From an uncultured Verrucomicrobiae bacterium (GTDB lineage Bacteria; Verrucomicrobiota; Verrucomicrobiia; Chthoniobacterales; UBA10450), in the NCBI GenBank assembly GCA_963726745.1, contig CAVSDR010000003.1:800001-864000 (forward strand): 64,000 bases of DNA, read 5' to 3'. Under the pieces are notes generated by a model. The model was not told the DNA's origin and made no database searches. It saw only the letters and a program-made list of their open reading frames with translations. Position 1 is the first letter of the stretch, and the number at the start of each line of letters is the position of its first letter. Made by a program: the position numbers and the translations under genes. Positions 10,473 through 21,461 of the stretch are shown here, in pieces.

Positions 10473-11387
10473 GTGAAGAGCACCGCCATTATCCTCAATC
10501 CCGCGGCCCGCGGCGAACGCGCCCGCCGCCTGGCTGCGCGCGTGGAAAAGATGACCCACGGCGCGGTCCTGCGCGCGACCGCCCGGAGCGGCGACGCCGA
10601 GACGCTGGCGCGCGCCGCGGTCAAGGAAGGCTACCGCAAGATCATCGCCGCCGGCGGCGACGGCACGATCAACGAAGTGGTCAACGGCATCGCGGGGAGC
10701 GAGGTCACGCTCGGTCTTTTGCCGATCGGCACGATGAACGTTTTTGCCACCGAGCTGGGCCTGCCGGTTTCCGACATCGAGGCCTGTTGGCAGGTGATCC
10801 GCGACGGGAAAACGCGCGCGATCGATCTCCCGAGCGCGAACGGGAAACACTTTGTGCAGCTCGCCGGCGTAGGCTTCGACGCGCAGGTGGTCAAGGAAAC
10901 CAGCCGGGCGCTTAAGCGCAGCTTCGGCCCGCTCAGTTACATGCTCTCGGCTGCGCAGATCGCCGCGCGCACCCCGCCGCGGCTGCGGATCGAATCGGAG
11001 CATGCGGTGGCCGAGGAAGGCTCCTTCGTCCTCATCGGAAATGGCCGGCTCTACGGCGGGCCGTTTCCGTTTTTCAAGAAGGCGGTGATCGATGACGGCC
11101 GCTTCGACGTCCTCGTCTTCAAGCGCTTCAACTACATCGAGATCATCCGCTACATGCAGGACGTGATCTTCAGCAAACAGATCACCTCGCCCGAGGTGGA
11201 GTATTTCCAGACCACCTTCCTGCGCGTGCAGAGCGAGGGCGATGTGCCGGTGGAAATAGACGGCGAGCTCATCGGGAATTGCCCGGTGGAATTCCAGATC
11301 CGTCGGCATGGGCTGCGGGTCTTCGCGCCCGCGAAAGCGACGCGGCGGCGCACGATTAAGCCAACCGCCGCAAGGGCCGGGAATTAA
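10473..11387 (+). CDS. Diacylglycerol kinase family lipid kinase (YegS/DAGK-like)
   Basis: IILNPAA, AAGGDGTINEV, LPIGTMNVFA, GVGFDA, EIDGE. Confidence 0.93.
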   Translation: MKSTAIILNPAARGERARRLAARVEKMTHGAVLRATARSGDAETLARAAVKEGYRKIIAAGGDGTINEVVNGIAGSEVTLGLLPIGTMNVFATELGLPVSDIEACWQVIRDGKTRAIDLPSANGKHFVQLAGVGFDAQVVKETSRALKRSFGPLSYMLSAAQIAARTPPRLRIESEHAVAEEGSFVLIGNGRLYGGPFPFFKKAVIDDGRFDVLVFKRFNYIEIIRYMQDVIFSKQITSPEVEYFQTTFLRVQSEGDVPVEIDGELIGNCPVEFQIRRHGLRVFAPAKATRRRTIKPTAARAGN

Positions 11388-12226
11388 ACCGCCGGCGCGT
11401 CGGTCACCGTCTCGCCGCCCGGCGCGGCGGAGTCGAGCTCCCAGAGAAGCCAATCGTCGTTGGTGACATATTTGCGGAGCTTGTTGTCCCAGCGTTGCGG
11501 AATTTCGCGCGAAAGTTTCTCGAGGAACGGGAGGAGCGGGTTCTGTGGCGGGTGGCGTTCTTCGCGCTCGTCCATCGGGATCGCTTTCCAGTCGAAACGC
11601 TCGCGATATTGCGCAAAGCCGAAGCCGTCGAAGAAATTGCCCGCGCCAATAAGCGGCATGTACCACAGGCTGGGGATGCCGCGCGGGTTTGGCTTTACCG
11701 GGACTTCGTTGGCTAATTTAGCCAGCAACTCGGCGCCCTTGGGATCGTCGCGCAAGTGTTCCTGCAAAGCGTCGAACGCCGGGAAACTCACCGGCGGACT
11801 AACGAACAGCACCGGCTTCATCTGCTGGCGCGAAAGGATGATCTCGTGCGCGGTCCCGACGCTGTAAATATTCGTCGGGCAATAGGCGATGGTGAAGTCG
11901 CTCGTATCGACCATCCGCAAGTCGATGTGGAGCGTTTCCCAAAAGTTCTCCGCGCAGCGTGCGCGGGTTTCGTCGCCCGCCTGCCCGGGCTCGAAGCTCC
12001 AGGTCTCGCGCACGTCGATCGTGTTGATGTCCTCGAGGCCGTATTGATGCAGCCCGCGCACGGCCGGCTTAAACCAGGGATCGAAGACGACTGAGCCTAA
12101 CGAGCGCAGGAAATCGCCCACGCGATTGCGCCAGCCGGCGGTTTTCTCCTCCACGCGTGAGGCCACGAAATCCATCGGCCCGGAGAGGTAGATGCGCGCG
12201 CCGCGCAGGTGATTGTTCGTGCTCAT
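11384..12226 (-). CDS. Hypothetical protein with a nucleoside 2-deoxyribosyltransferase-like N-terminal domain
   Basis: IYLSGPM, WR, VFDP, DLRMVDTSDF and GTAHEI match the NDT/DNPH1 pattern; long C-terminal extension. Confidence 0.6.
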   Translation of the reverse strand: MSTNNHLRGARIYLSGPMDFVASRVEEKTAGWRNRVGDFLRSLGSVVFDPWFKPAVRGLHQYGLEDINTIDVRETWSFEPGQAGDETRARCAENFWETLHIDLRMVDTSDFTIAYCPTNIYSVGTAHEIILSRQQMKPVLFVSPPVSFPAFDALQEHLRDDPKGAELLAKLANEVPVKPNPRGIPSLWYMPLIGAGNFFDGFGFAQYRERFDWKAIPMDEREERHPPQNPLLPFLEKLSREIPQRWDNKLRKYVTNDDWLLWELDSAAPGGETVTDAPAV

Positions 12227-12257
12227 GGGGCTGGAGGCGCGGGGGTGAAAGTGCCGG

Positions 12258-12647
12258 CTATTTCTTGGCCTCGTCCTCTTTTGGCTTCTCGGCGGCTTCT
12301 TTCACTTTGATCTGCGAGGCCGAGGTCACCACGATCTCGACCTTGTCCTTGAACTCGACAATCTTGCCACTGACTGCGAGCTCCTTGCCTTTGTATTGCT
12401 CGACGTCGCCGACGGCGGCCGCATCCTTGGTGCTGATGAAGACCGTGAAGCGCGCGCCGCCGCTGCTCAGTTCGATGAAGGTGTTGCCGCCACTGGCTTT
12501 ATTCACCCGCTCGGCTTTGCCGGTGACGGTGGCGGTTTCGCCGATGTGCTTGGCGGCTTCCTCGGCGGTGTATTCCGCGCCGCTCTCGGCGTGCGCTAAC
12601 GAAACCAAGGTCGCGGCCAGGATGCTGACTAATTTTATCGCTCGCAT
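12258..12647 (-). CDS. Small secreted OB-fold protein
   Basis: Signal peptide (MRAIKLVSILAATLVSLAHA), EAAKHIGETATVTGK, GKELAVSGKIVEFK. Confidence 0.7.
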   Translation of the reverse strand: MRAIKLVSILAATLVSLAHAESGAEYTAEEAAKHIGETATVTGKAERVNKASGGNTFIELSSGGARFTVFISTKDAAAVGDVEQYKGKELAVSGKIVEFKDKVEIVVTSASQIKVKEAAEKPKEDEAKK

Positions 12648-12678
12648 AAGTGCCGCAAAATCAGCGATGGGTATCGCG

Positions 12679-13721
12679 ATGTCGAGCCGGAAGCACCTTC
12701 TTCTTCTCCTTTGTTCGCTGCTCTCCGGCGCGGTCGTGCTCTCCGCGCCGCCGCCGATGCCGAATGATCCAGATTTGTTACCGCTCGACCTGAGCAATTG
12801 GCCCTGCCGCGACGAACCCGGCGGCTCCGCGAAAACGCCCGATGGCGTGGAGCGCAATCACGGGAAGAATCGCCCACCGGTATCGCTCGCCGGGTTGAAC
12901 ATCCCGAACTATGAGACCGCGAGCTTCCTGCAAAAAGTGAGCGCGTTTGAAGCGACCACGAAGGGGAAGCGGCGGACGGATTTAAACGCGGCCGAGCGCA
13001 AGCAGCTCGAGGCGTTGGAAAAGGAAATCGTCTCCTTCACCGGCTACCTGGTGATGGCCTACGCCAATGGCGCGGAGACGACGAACTGCAAGGACGCCGC
13101 GGTGCACGACTGGCATCTGGAAGTATTCGAGAAGCCGGCCGATCATCCGCCGCATCCCGGCGACCCCACGCCGATCGTCTGCGAGATCACGCCGCGCACG
13201 CAGGACCTGCTTTACAAGGCCGGCATCCGGATGCGCGACCTCGCGGCTTTCATTCGCCGGCCGGACATGACCGCAGAGCCGACCGGACACAAGGCGGCGC
13301 GAATCAAATTAACCGGCTACTTGCTCTGGGACGACGACCACAACGGGAAGGCCGACATCGGGCCGAAGATCGAGACGATCACCGCCGGCAACGGCTACCA
13401 TCATCCCTGGCGCTCGACCGCGTGGGAGGTCCATCCGGTGATGAAGATCGAGGTGCTCGATGGCGCCGCGCCTTCAGTTGCGACGCTCCGCCGCCCACGA
13501 CCACGCCGGCCGCGACCATGGCGCCGCTGCCGCCGGCGACGATCCAACCCGCAACCGTGACCTTGCTCGTGCCAACCAGAGTGAAAATCCCTTACGGCGA
13601 GACCGTGCTCCCGCGCGGGACAAAGTTGGAAGTGATCGCGCAGGACGCGCAAAGCGTGACCCTGCGCTACCTTGGGAATCCGGTGCGCGTCCCGCGCGCC
13701 TCGACCGACCTCAAACCATGA
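12679..13721 (+). CDS. Secreted hypothetical protein (WEVHPV-motif family), frameshifted near 13490
   Basis: Signal peptide, ETTNC, DWHLE, VCEITPR, RSTAWEVHPV. A Pro/Thr linker and small C-terminal domain continue in ORF 13422-13721. Confidence 0.65.
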
Positions 13722-14161
13722 GCAGCGATCCCTTTCTCCAGGCGGCCCTCGAAGAAGCCCGCACCGGCCTCGCCGCCGGCGGCATTCCCATCGGCAGCGT
13801 GCTCGTTTTAGACGGCAAGATCATTGGCCGCGGGCATAACCAGCGCGTGCAAAAAGGGAGCGTGATCCACCACGCGGAAATGAATTGCCTGGAAAATGCC
13901 GGCCGTTTGCCGGGCGAAGTTTACCGGCGCTGCACGATTTACTCGACGCTTTCACCCTGCCCGATGTGCAGCGGCGCGATCGTCCTTTACGGCATCCCGC
14001 AGGTAATCATCGGCGAGAACCAGACCTTCCTCGGCGCCGAGGAAACCCTGCGGTCGCACGGCGTGAGCGTGGAGGTGCGGCAGGACGCGGAGTGCATCGA
14101 GATGATGCGGCGTTTCATTGCCGAACAGCCGCAGCTCTGGAACGAAGATATCGGCGTCTAA
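13718..14161 (+). CDS. Zn-dependent cytosine/nucleoside deaminase
   Basis: GIPIGSVLV, HAE, PCPMC, C-terminal WNEDIG; ATGA overlap with the upstream gene. Confidence 0.92.
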   Translation: MSSDPFLQAALEEARTGLAAGGIPIGSVLVLDGKIIGRGHNQRVQKGSVIHHAEMNCLENAGRLPGEVYRRCTIYSTLSPCPMCSGAIVLYGIPQVIIGENQTFLGAEETLRSHGVSVEVRQDAECIEMMRRFIAEQPQLWNEDIGV

Positions 14162-14172
14162 CGAGTCGTCTC

Positions 14173-15697
14173 CTAGGCGACCCGGCTGAGCTGCGCGCGC
14201 AAGGCCGCGCTACCTTCGATCGTTTCCTGGAGCAGATGCTGCGCGTCGGGGAAAGCGCGCACCCGCAGGCAGACCTGGTAGGAGAAGAGGCTGCGCGAAA
14301 GTTTAAGCAGCAGACTGTTGAGCCCGAGGAGCGCGCGGCTCCAGCGATTCGTCCCGAGGGCGAGCGGGAACGGCGCGGGCACGCCGCGTTCCTCGAGCAC
14401 TTCGTAGCCGGCTTGCTCGAAGAGGGCGCGCAGCGACGCAAAGGTGAAGAGCCGGCGATGACCCAGGCCGAGAATGCCTTTGCGACTGTAATTAAATTGC
14501 CCGAGCAGGAGCATCGCGCGGGTGACAAAGAAAGCCACGTTGGCCGCGGTCACGATCACTTCCGGCTGCTGCCCCGCGCATCCGCCGGCGGAGGTCGTCG
14601 ACAAAAGTTTCCGGGTCGTGCAAATGCTCGACCAAGTCCATCAGGAGGATCTGGTCGAAATTGCCGACATCCTCTGGCAAGCGCGGCGCGGGCACATAGG
14701 GCACTGGCTGCGCGAGGTCGTTAGCCGCGAAATCAAGCGCGGTCACGCTGCAATCGCGCGCGCGCAATTCCGCGGCGACATTCTCGTGGCCGAGGCCAAG
14801 CTGGAGGACCGACTTTCCACGCGGGCAAGCCTCGAGCGCGAAAGTTTGCGAGGATTCGAAGCCGAGCTTGTCGCTGTGCCGGCCGAGCGCGGGGTTCACG
14901 TCGAACTTCCGGTCGTAAAACAAATGGATCCCGCAGAGGCGCGCCTTGATCGTCGCCTTGCAGACGTCCCAGGCATACTTCATCCCGTTCACGTGGCAGA
15001 TCTCGTCGCCGTAGAAAGTCGGGATCGGCAGCTCGGCGATGTGCAGTTTGCGCAGGACGAACTGGATGATGATCTCGGTGTCGAAATGGAAATCGTTGGT
15101 GTTTTTCTCGAACGGCACCTGGGCGAGCGCCGCGGTGGAGTAGAGTCGGTAGCCGCTGTGGAACTCCGAGAGCTGCGTGCCGAGCAGGCGGTTTTGAAAT
15201 TGTGTCAGCACCTGATTGCCGAGCCATTTGTAAGCCGGCATGCCGCCGGCGCGGGCCGCGGCCTTGTCGATCATGCGCGAGCCAAAAACCGCATCGGCTT
15301 GGCCCCGGACGAGCGGTTCCAAAAGAGCCGGCAACTTCTCGGGCGCGTATTGCCCGTCGCCATGGACCAGCGCGACGATGTCGAAGCCATGATCGATCGC
15401 GTAGCGGTAGCCGAGTTTTTGATTCCCGCCGTAGCCCTGGTTCCGCGGGGTGCGCAGGATGGTGATCTTGAACGCCGCGCTTCCCTGCTGAAAGCGCAGG
15501 CTGCTGGCAAAGGTGTTGTCCTTCGAGGAGTCGTCGATGATCAGGACCTCGACGTCGGGTGAATGCAGGCTCGCCGGGATGCGGGCGAGGACGCGTTCGA
15601 TCGTCGTCTCCGCATTATAGGCGACGATGAAAATGAGCAGACGCTTGCCGTTCAGGTCAAAAACAGCCGGCGTGCTGGGGGTTGAGTCCGCGCGCAT
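14173..15697 (-). CDS. Glycosyltransferase family 2 fused to a class I methyltransferase-like domain, frameshifted near 14575
   Basis: IVAYNAE, IIDDSS, NQGYGGNQK, HGDGQY, then DLVEHL and ANVAF...GIL. GGAGG precedes ATG 15697. Confidence 0.85.
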
Positions 15698-15782
15698 GCC
15701 TCCCAAGTTCAGCTAGAAGCAGGCCAAGTCCAATGCCGAGACCGCTTGCGCCCGCGGCAGAGCTCGTGCTTAAGGAGCGCGC

Positions 15783-16567
15783 ATGCCCTGCGCTCCGCTT
15801 CGTTATCTTGGCCTCGTTTTCCTCGCGCTCGCCGCGACGCCCGCCGGGGCGCAATCGAAAGCGGAGGCAACGCCGACCTTTTGGCAGCGCGATCCGGCAG
15901 CTGCTTTCGCGGATGAAGGCCGGATGCATTGCGCCCCGACCGCGGCCGCCGACGGCTTGATTTATTTAGCCAACGCTTTCGAACTTGAAGACCTGGTGCC
16001 GGGCGCCGGCCATGAGGAGCAGATCGAGCTGATCAAAGAATTAGCCGACGACTTCGAGACCGATCCGGCGATCGGCGGGACGAACCCGGACAAGATTCTC
16101 ACCGGCCTGCGCGCTTACGTGGAGAGCAAAGGCTACCAGCTCAGCCGGCTGGAATTGAAAAGCTGGCGCGGCGTCAGCGCGGCCAACCGGAAATGCTTGC
16201 TCGGCCTGCGGCCCGACCTGCCGTGGATGCAGAGCGCCGCGGAGGACGAGGAAACGGTCGTGCTCTTTAATTTCGGCTGGTACGAGGAGAACGATGCAGG
16301 CGGCTACACCCGCAACGGCGGCCACTGGGTCGCAGTCGTCGGACGGGGCGAGGAGCCGACGGAGTTTCTCGTGCACAATCCGCTGCTGCGCCCGGAATGC
16401 AGGAGGAGGAAAAATCCATCGAGCTCACCCTGATCGAGGAAGACTTCCCGGTCGGGAACGGGAACCTGCGCGGCTACTTCGAAGGCCGCGGCCCCGGCCT
16501 GCCGCACAGCGAGAAGTTTACCGCGATCCTCGACGCGGTGATCGTCTTCAGCCTCGAGCGGGAGTGA
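15783..16567 (+). CDS. Secreted papain-fold (C39-like) peptidase, frameshifted near 16400
   Basis: Signal peptide, HCAPTA (Cys), GGHWVAVVG (His), VHNP. The downstream frame EEKSIELTL...SLERE ends at TGA 16565-16567. Confidence 0.6.
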
Positions 16568-16583
16568 TTTTGCCCCACCTGCG

Positions 16584-16967
16584 CTACGTGAGGAAGCGGA
16601 TCGTGAGTGGGTAGCGGAAGAACTTCCCGTCGCTGGCCTTGATCGAGGCAATGATCACGAGCACGGCGTTAAGCACCCAGAGCGCGGCGAGGAAAACAAA
16701 GCCGATGAGGATGAGGCAGAAGACCGCCGCGATCACGTTATAGAGCAACATCGAGAGCTGGAAATTCAGCGACTCCTTGCCGTGGGCGTCGATCTCCGGG
16801 GAGTCGTCGCGCTTGGCTGCCCAGACGACCAGCGGCCCGAGGACATGACCGGGGAAGTGGAAGAAAACGCCGAGCAAGGCGCTGGCGTGGCAGAAGACAT
16901 TCCAGAGGCGCACGTTGCTGTCGGTGGCCGGGGGATTGACGGGGGCGGGTGGGTAGGTGGTTTCCAT
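16584..16967 (-). CDS. DUF4870 membrane protein
   Basis: LGPLVVW, HGKESLNFQL, FRYPLTIRFL. Confidence 0.9.
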   Translation of the reverse strand: METTYPPAPVNPPATDSNVRLWNVFCHASALLGVFFHFPGHVLGPLVVWAAKRDDSPEIDAHGKESLNFQLSMLLYNVIAAVFCLILIGFVFLAALWVLNAVLVIIASIKASDGKFFRYPLTIRFLT

Positions 16968-17090
16968 GGCTTCTCCCAATAGATGCAACCGGAGGCGGCT
17001 TTGGATTCAAAGATTTTTTTCGCGCGTGGTCGCGGTCTCGAGGCTTGCGGCTTGACCATCTCGCTGCCTAACGAATAGCGTGCGCCCTTA

Positions 17091-17555
17091 ATGGATCCGC
17101 TGCCTGCCTCGCCTGCACCCACGCCGATCCCCGCTCCTCGGCCTGGGTGGTGGTCGCGCAATTGGAAATGGTTTCTGCCCGTGGGCTGCCTGACGATGAT
17201 CGCCGGCTTCCTCGTTTTCATCGGCGCGATCGTGCTCCTGGTCTTTGGCGCGATGAAGTCGAGCGATGCCTATAAAGGCGCGCTGGCACAGGCGCGGGCG
17301 AACCCGGCGGTGACGGAAGCGCTCGGGTCGCCGATCAAGGACGGCTGGTTTGTTTCCGGGAAGACGAACGTGGACGGCAGCGGCGGCGACGCGAATTTAG
17401 CCATCCCGCTCTCCGGGCCGAAAGCTGCGGGCAAGCTCTACGTAGTCGCGACAAAGACTGCCGGCCGCTGGCATTACACGACTCTCGAGCTGGAAGTGGA
17501 AGGGCGCGCGGAGCGAGTGGAATTGCTTGGGGAAAGCACCGGCGAAGAACCGTAG
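17091..17555 (+). CDS. Coa1-family (cytochrome oxidase assembly-like) membrane protein
   Basis: WWSRNWKW, TM helix, ALGSPIK, IPLSGPK. Confidence 0.75.
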   Translation: MDPLPASPAPTPIPAPRPGWWSRNWKWFLPVGCLTMIAGFLVFIGAIVLLVFGAMKSSDAYKGALAQARANPAVTEALGSPIKDGWFVSGKTNVDGSGGDANLAIPLSGPKAAGKLYVVATKTAGRWHYTTLELEVEGRAERVELLGESTGEEP

Positions 17556-17636
17556 CCCATCTTGCTGGGAAAGATTTCTGAATCCGGATGCGCGGGCCGG
17601 CGCATCTCATCAGGGAACGACACAATCGCCCTTGCA

Positions 17637-18323
17637 ATGAACACTTCCTCCGTCCCCGTCCGTCCCTTCGCGCTGCTCAAGCTGATCGTCCTCAGTTTGC
17701 TTGCGCTCGCGCTCTTTTTCCTCAACGCCTGCGACTGGGTGGGCGTGATCGAGGGCAATGGCCACACCACCACCGAGGAGCGCCCGGTGACTGGCTTTTC
17801 GAAGATCGAGGCCGGCGGCGCCTTCACCATCACCTGGACGCCCGGACCGGTGAAGGTCGCGATCACGACCGACGAAAATTTGCTCAAACACATCACCACC
17901 CATGTGAATGGCGACACCTTGAAGATCGAATGGGAAGAGCCGGTCCACGGGACGGACGGGATCAAGGTAAACCTCTCCAGCCCGCAGCTCACCGGGGCGC
18001 AGCTCAACGGCGCCACCCGCACCACGGCCACGGGATTGAGCGGTTCGGAGTTCTACCTGGAGGCAAATGGTGCCAGCCGCATTGTCCTGAGCGGCGCGGT
18101 TAACGCCCTTTCCGGCGAGCTGAACGGCGCGAGCAAACTCGTCGCCACCGACCTGCAAACGCGCGCGATGGAACTCTCGATCAGCGGCGCCGGGCGCGCC
18201 GATGTAAATGCGAGCGAAGTCTTGAAGGTCGACATCTCCGGTGCCGGCAAGGTGACCTACGAGGGCAACCCCGCGATCTCAAAGCAGATCAGCGGCGCCG
18301 GCAGCGTGAAGCGGCGCGATTGA
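17637..18323 (+). CDS. Head GIN domain (DUF2807) lipoprotein
   Basis: Lipobox-like LNAC, GNGHTTTEERPV, repeated SGAG/NGAS units, YEGNP. Confidence 0.85.
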   Translation: MNTSSVPVRPFALLKLIVLSLLALALFFLNACDWVGVIEGNGHTTTEERPVTGFSKIEAGGAFTITWTPGPVKVAITTDENLLKHITTHVNGDTLKIEWEEPVHGTDGIKVNLSSPQLTGAQLNGATRTTATGLSGSEFYLEANGASRIVLSGAVNALSGELNGASKLVATDLQTRAMELSISGAGRADVNASEVLKVDISGAGKVTYEGNPAISKQISGAGSVKRRD

Positions 18324-18370
18324 TTTTTTCCCGCTTGCCGTCCGCGGACGCCGCGCGGAAGAGAAACGCC

Positions 18371-18772
18371 ATGAGCGAGCGACCTGCGGACACGTCCCCG
18401 AGCGGCTTTTCCTACAATACGCACCTCGATCTCCTGCACCGGCCGCTGGAGGTCATTGACATCGCCGGGCTGGTGGCCGCCTCACAGCATCAGTGGTGGA
18501 ACCAAACGCTTTGCCAGGTGGACGAGTCCGTCGTCCGCCTGGGCGTGGTTGAGGGTGAATACCATTGGCATCACCACGAAAACGAGGACGAGTTTTTCTA
18601 CGTCGTCAGCGGCCGTTTCCTGATCGATCTCGAAGAGCGCACCGTCGAGCTCGTCGGCGGGCAGGCTTTCGTGGTTCCGAAAGGCGTGCGGCATCGCCCG
18701 CGCGCGACCGAGCGCACGGTGATCTTGATGGTCGAGCGCGCCGGGATCGTTCCCACCGGACAGGCCGCCTGA
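18371..18772 (+). CDS. Cupin domain protein
   Basis: GEYHWHHHENEDEFFYV, VVPKGVRHRP. Confidence 0.9.
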   Translation: MSERPADTSPSGFSYNTHLDLLHRPLEVIDIAGLVAASQHQWWNQTLCQVDESVVRLGVVEGEYHWHHHENEDEFFYVVSGRFLIDLEERTVELVGGQAFVVPKGVRHRPRATERTVILMVERAGIVPTGQAA

Positions 18773-18773
18773 G

Positions 18774-19223
18774 CTACTCGTCGGCGTCTTTTTTACCCAG
18801 CGTTTTCAGCCGGGTCCGTAGCTCCTTGAGCCGGGCTTCGGTGTAGGTCAGCTCCGCATTATTCGCCTCGAGGGGCGCCAGCGAGCCGCCTTCGGAATCA
18901 ATTCCCTCCTTGGCCACTTTCGGCCGCTTTTTCAGCCACGCGGTCTGCTCCTGGAACAACTTCGTCCGCTCCTTTGTGGATAGTTTTTCGTAAAGGCGCA
19001 CGTAGGCGATGTAGAGCTGCGCGTCGGTCAGGTCGGCCACGTGGCGGCTCAAGCGGTTCATCTCCGCCTGCGTCTCGGCTTGGCGGAGATCTTGCAGGGA
19101 AGTTTTGATCGCCGGTGAAAGCGCCGGATACCAATCGTCCGGGGTGATCGCGCGGCTGCCCTGCGCGGAGGCGAACGTGCCTAACGAGAGGAAAAAGAGC
19201 GCGCCAAGAAAGAACTTTCGCAT
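18774..19223 (-). CDS. LprI (DUF1311) lysozyme-inhibitor-like secreted protein
   Basis: Signal peptide, TQAEMN, QTAWLKKR, GGSLAPL. Confidence 0.75.
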   Translation of the reverse strand: MRKFFLGALFFLSLGTFASAQGSRAITPDDWYPALSPAIKTSLQDLRQAETQAEMNRLSRHVADLTDAQLYIAYVRLYEKLSTKERTKLFQEQTAWLKKRPKVAKEGIDSEGGSLAPLEANNAELTYTEARLKELRTRLKTLGKKDADE

Positions 19224-19254
19224 TCCGTTGCAATGCGCGACCTCGCCCGCTTTT

Positions 19255-20454
19255 TCAAGCTTTACTCGGCTCCGCCGGGCGCTCCGTCCCCTGCTCCAGC
19301 AGGCGCACGCGCTGGTCGAGATATGGCAGGCGAATCGTGAGCGTGAGGCCTTTGCCCTCGTTGCTCTCGAGCGAGAGTTCGCCGCCGTGTTCGCGCACGA
19401 TCCGGCGCACGATCAAGAGGCCCAGGCCGGAGCCGTTTTCTTTCGTGGTGTGATACGGTTCGAAGACCCGGCTGAGGCTTTCGGCCGACATTCCCCCGCC
19501 GCTATCGGTAAAGCTCACGAGCACGTGCTTCTCCTCGCGGTCCGTGCGGATGCGCAGGAGACCGCGGCGCTTCATCGCCTCGAAGCTGTTCTTGATCACG
19601 TTGTAAAACGCCTGCTTCATCTGGTCGCGATCCAGCTGCACGGCGGGCAAATCCGAGCGCAATTCCTGTTCGACCACGATGTCGCGATCCTCGATCTCGG
19701 CGGCAAAAAAGCGCACCGCTTCCGCGAGAATGCTGTTTAAATCTTCCGGCTGCAGCTGCGGCTTCGAGGGCCGGATCGCTTTCAGGAATTGGGTCACGAT
19801 CGAGTCCAGCCGGTTGATTTCCGAACGCGCGATGTCGATCGATTCCTGCAAGGGCGCGCGCAGCTCGCTGTCTAATTGTCGCACCTTCCGCTCCATCAAT
19901 TGCAGGTGAATCGTGAGCGAGTTCAGTGGGTTGCCGATCTCGTGGGCCACGCCCGCGGCCAGGAGAGTCAGCGCATTGAATCGCTCCGACTCGATCGTTT
20001 TCTCGGTCGAGCGCCGGCTCTCGGTGATGTCGCGCAGGATCATCGCATGGCCGACCGGCTGTCCGATTTCGCCCGCGCCATCCGCTCGCTTCTCCATCAC
20101 CAGCGGGACGGTGTAGAAATTGATGAAGCGGTTCGCCGGGTAGAACACCTCCATGTCGCGGCTGACCGCGCCCTCGGAACGCGAAAGCGCATCCCAGTCG
20201 ATCCCGCGCATGCGCTCGTCAAGCCGCTTGCCTAACGAGTTTTCCGCCTCGATCCCAAGCAGCTCGCAGGCGGCATCGTTCACGTAGGTGATCCGGCCTT
20301 TGGCGTCGGTGACAATGATCCCTTCCTGGATGGCATTGAAGACCGTCTCGATCAGGCCTTTCTCCTGCGCCAGCCGGAGCAGGTAATTCTGCACCTCCTC
20401 CGGGCCCACCCGGCCCAGGCGCTCGATCAACTTGTCGAGAAAGCCGGATTTCAT
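19255..20454 (-). CDS. PAS-domain sensor histidine kinase (NtrB-like, cytoplasmic)
   Basis: PAS region, H-box AHEIGNPL, N-box NVIKNS, DSGGGM, GSGLGL. Confidence 0.93.
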   Translation of the reverse strand: MKSGFLDKLIERLGRVGPEEVQNYLLRLAQEKGLIETVFNAIQEGIIVTDAKGRITYVNDAACELLGIEAENSLGKRLDERMRGIDWDALSRSEGAVSRDMEVFYPANRFINFYTVPLVMEKRADGAGEIGQPVGHAMILRDITESRRSTEKTIESERFNALTLLAAGVAHEIGNPLNSLTIHLQLMERKVRQLDSELRAPLQESIDIARSEINRLDSIVTQFLKAIRPSKPQLQPEDLNSILAEAVRFFAAEIEDRDIVVEQELRSDLPAVQLDRDQMKQAFYNVIKNSFEAMKRRGLLRIRTDREEKHVLVSFTDSGGGMSAESLSRVFEPYHTTKENGSGLGLLIVRRIVREHGGELSLESNEGKGLTLTIRLPYLDQRVRLLEQGTERPAEPSKA

Positions 20455-20516
20455 GGGCCCAGTCTAAGACGGCCCCATGACTTCCGCCAAGGATCGGGCG
20501 GGATTACGGCCTTCAG

Positions 20517-21245
20517 TCAGCGAGCGCGCCGGACGATGCGCCCGGTCCCGAGCAAGCCCGCCAAGGCCAGCCCCAGAAGCGTCAAAGTGCCGCTTGTTTC
20601 CGGCACCGCCGCGGGTCCGCCAGTCGCGCGGATGAGCCAATTTCCAGCAAACCCGATGCTTTCTGTCGAGGTCACGGGAAGGCCGTTGCTGTTGAGATTA
20701 TTGATGTTGCCCGCGCCCGCAGTGCCGGCGGCAATGAAAGAGCGATTGGCAAAAGTAGGCGCGGTTTGGTCCAAAGCCGCGGGAAAAGCCCCCGCGGGGT
20801 GGGTAATGCGGAAGCCGACAAAAAAGTTTGCCGTCAGGACGGTCGTCGGCGCAATTGCAATGTTGACGAAGGTGTTCGTCCCGAAGCCGGAGATCACGCC
20901 CGCCGCGGTGGCCAGGACCATGGCGTCGCCGGGTAGGCCGTCCCCGTTCGGATCGCTCCAGAGAACCGCGGTGAAGGAAGTTCCGTTCAAATTCGTGCCG
21001 TTGCCCGCACGCCCGAAGGCGATCGAAATACTGGAGATGGTGTTGAATCCCGGCAGGGTGGAGAAGGAGTTCAGCGCGATGAGATCCCCACCGCTAGTGA
21101 GCCCAATAGCGTTGTCGGCCGTGCCGTTATCGATCAGATAATTCTGCGCTTGCAGCGAAACTCCCGCCCCGGCGAGCACAAGGGCGGCGGCGGCGAGACC
21201 GAGAATCCGAGAGAAAGGAGAAAAACGGCGGCCTGAAGTTTTCAT
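20517..21245 (-). CDS. PEP-CTERM (VPDSG-like) sorted surface protein
   Basis: Signal peptide, Gly/Asn/Thr-rich body, VPETSGTLTLLGLALAGLLG followed by RIVRRAR. Confidence 0.85.
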   Translation of the reverse strand: MKTSGRRFSPFSRILGLAAAALVLAGAGVSLQAQNYLIDNGTADNAIGLTSGGDLIALNSFSTLPGFNTISSISIAFGRAGNGTNLNGTSFTAVLWSDPNGDGLPGDAMVLATAAGVISGFGTNTFVNIAIAPTTVLTANFFVGFRITHPAGAFPAALDQTAPTFANRSFIAAGTAGAGNINNLNSNGLPVTSTESIGFAGNWLIRATGGPAAVPETSGTLTLLGLALAGLLGTGRIVRRAR

Positions 21246-21461
21246 ACCGAGGCGAATAGCAATAATGATTCCCAAGAGAAACAGATGGAATCCTGCAGCT
21301 CGCGAACTGCTAGATAACCCATTCATTTCCTTTTGGTTAGAACCTATAGTGAAATTTTTTGGCGGATTCCGGAGCCGTTCTCACATCTGCAAATCCGTAA
21401 AAATGGCCGACACTTTCTTGCGAAGACGCGTCTGCGGGGAGGTGGCTAACGAATCTTGCAC

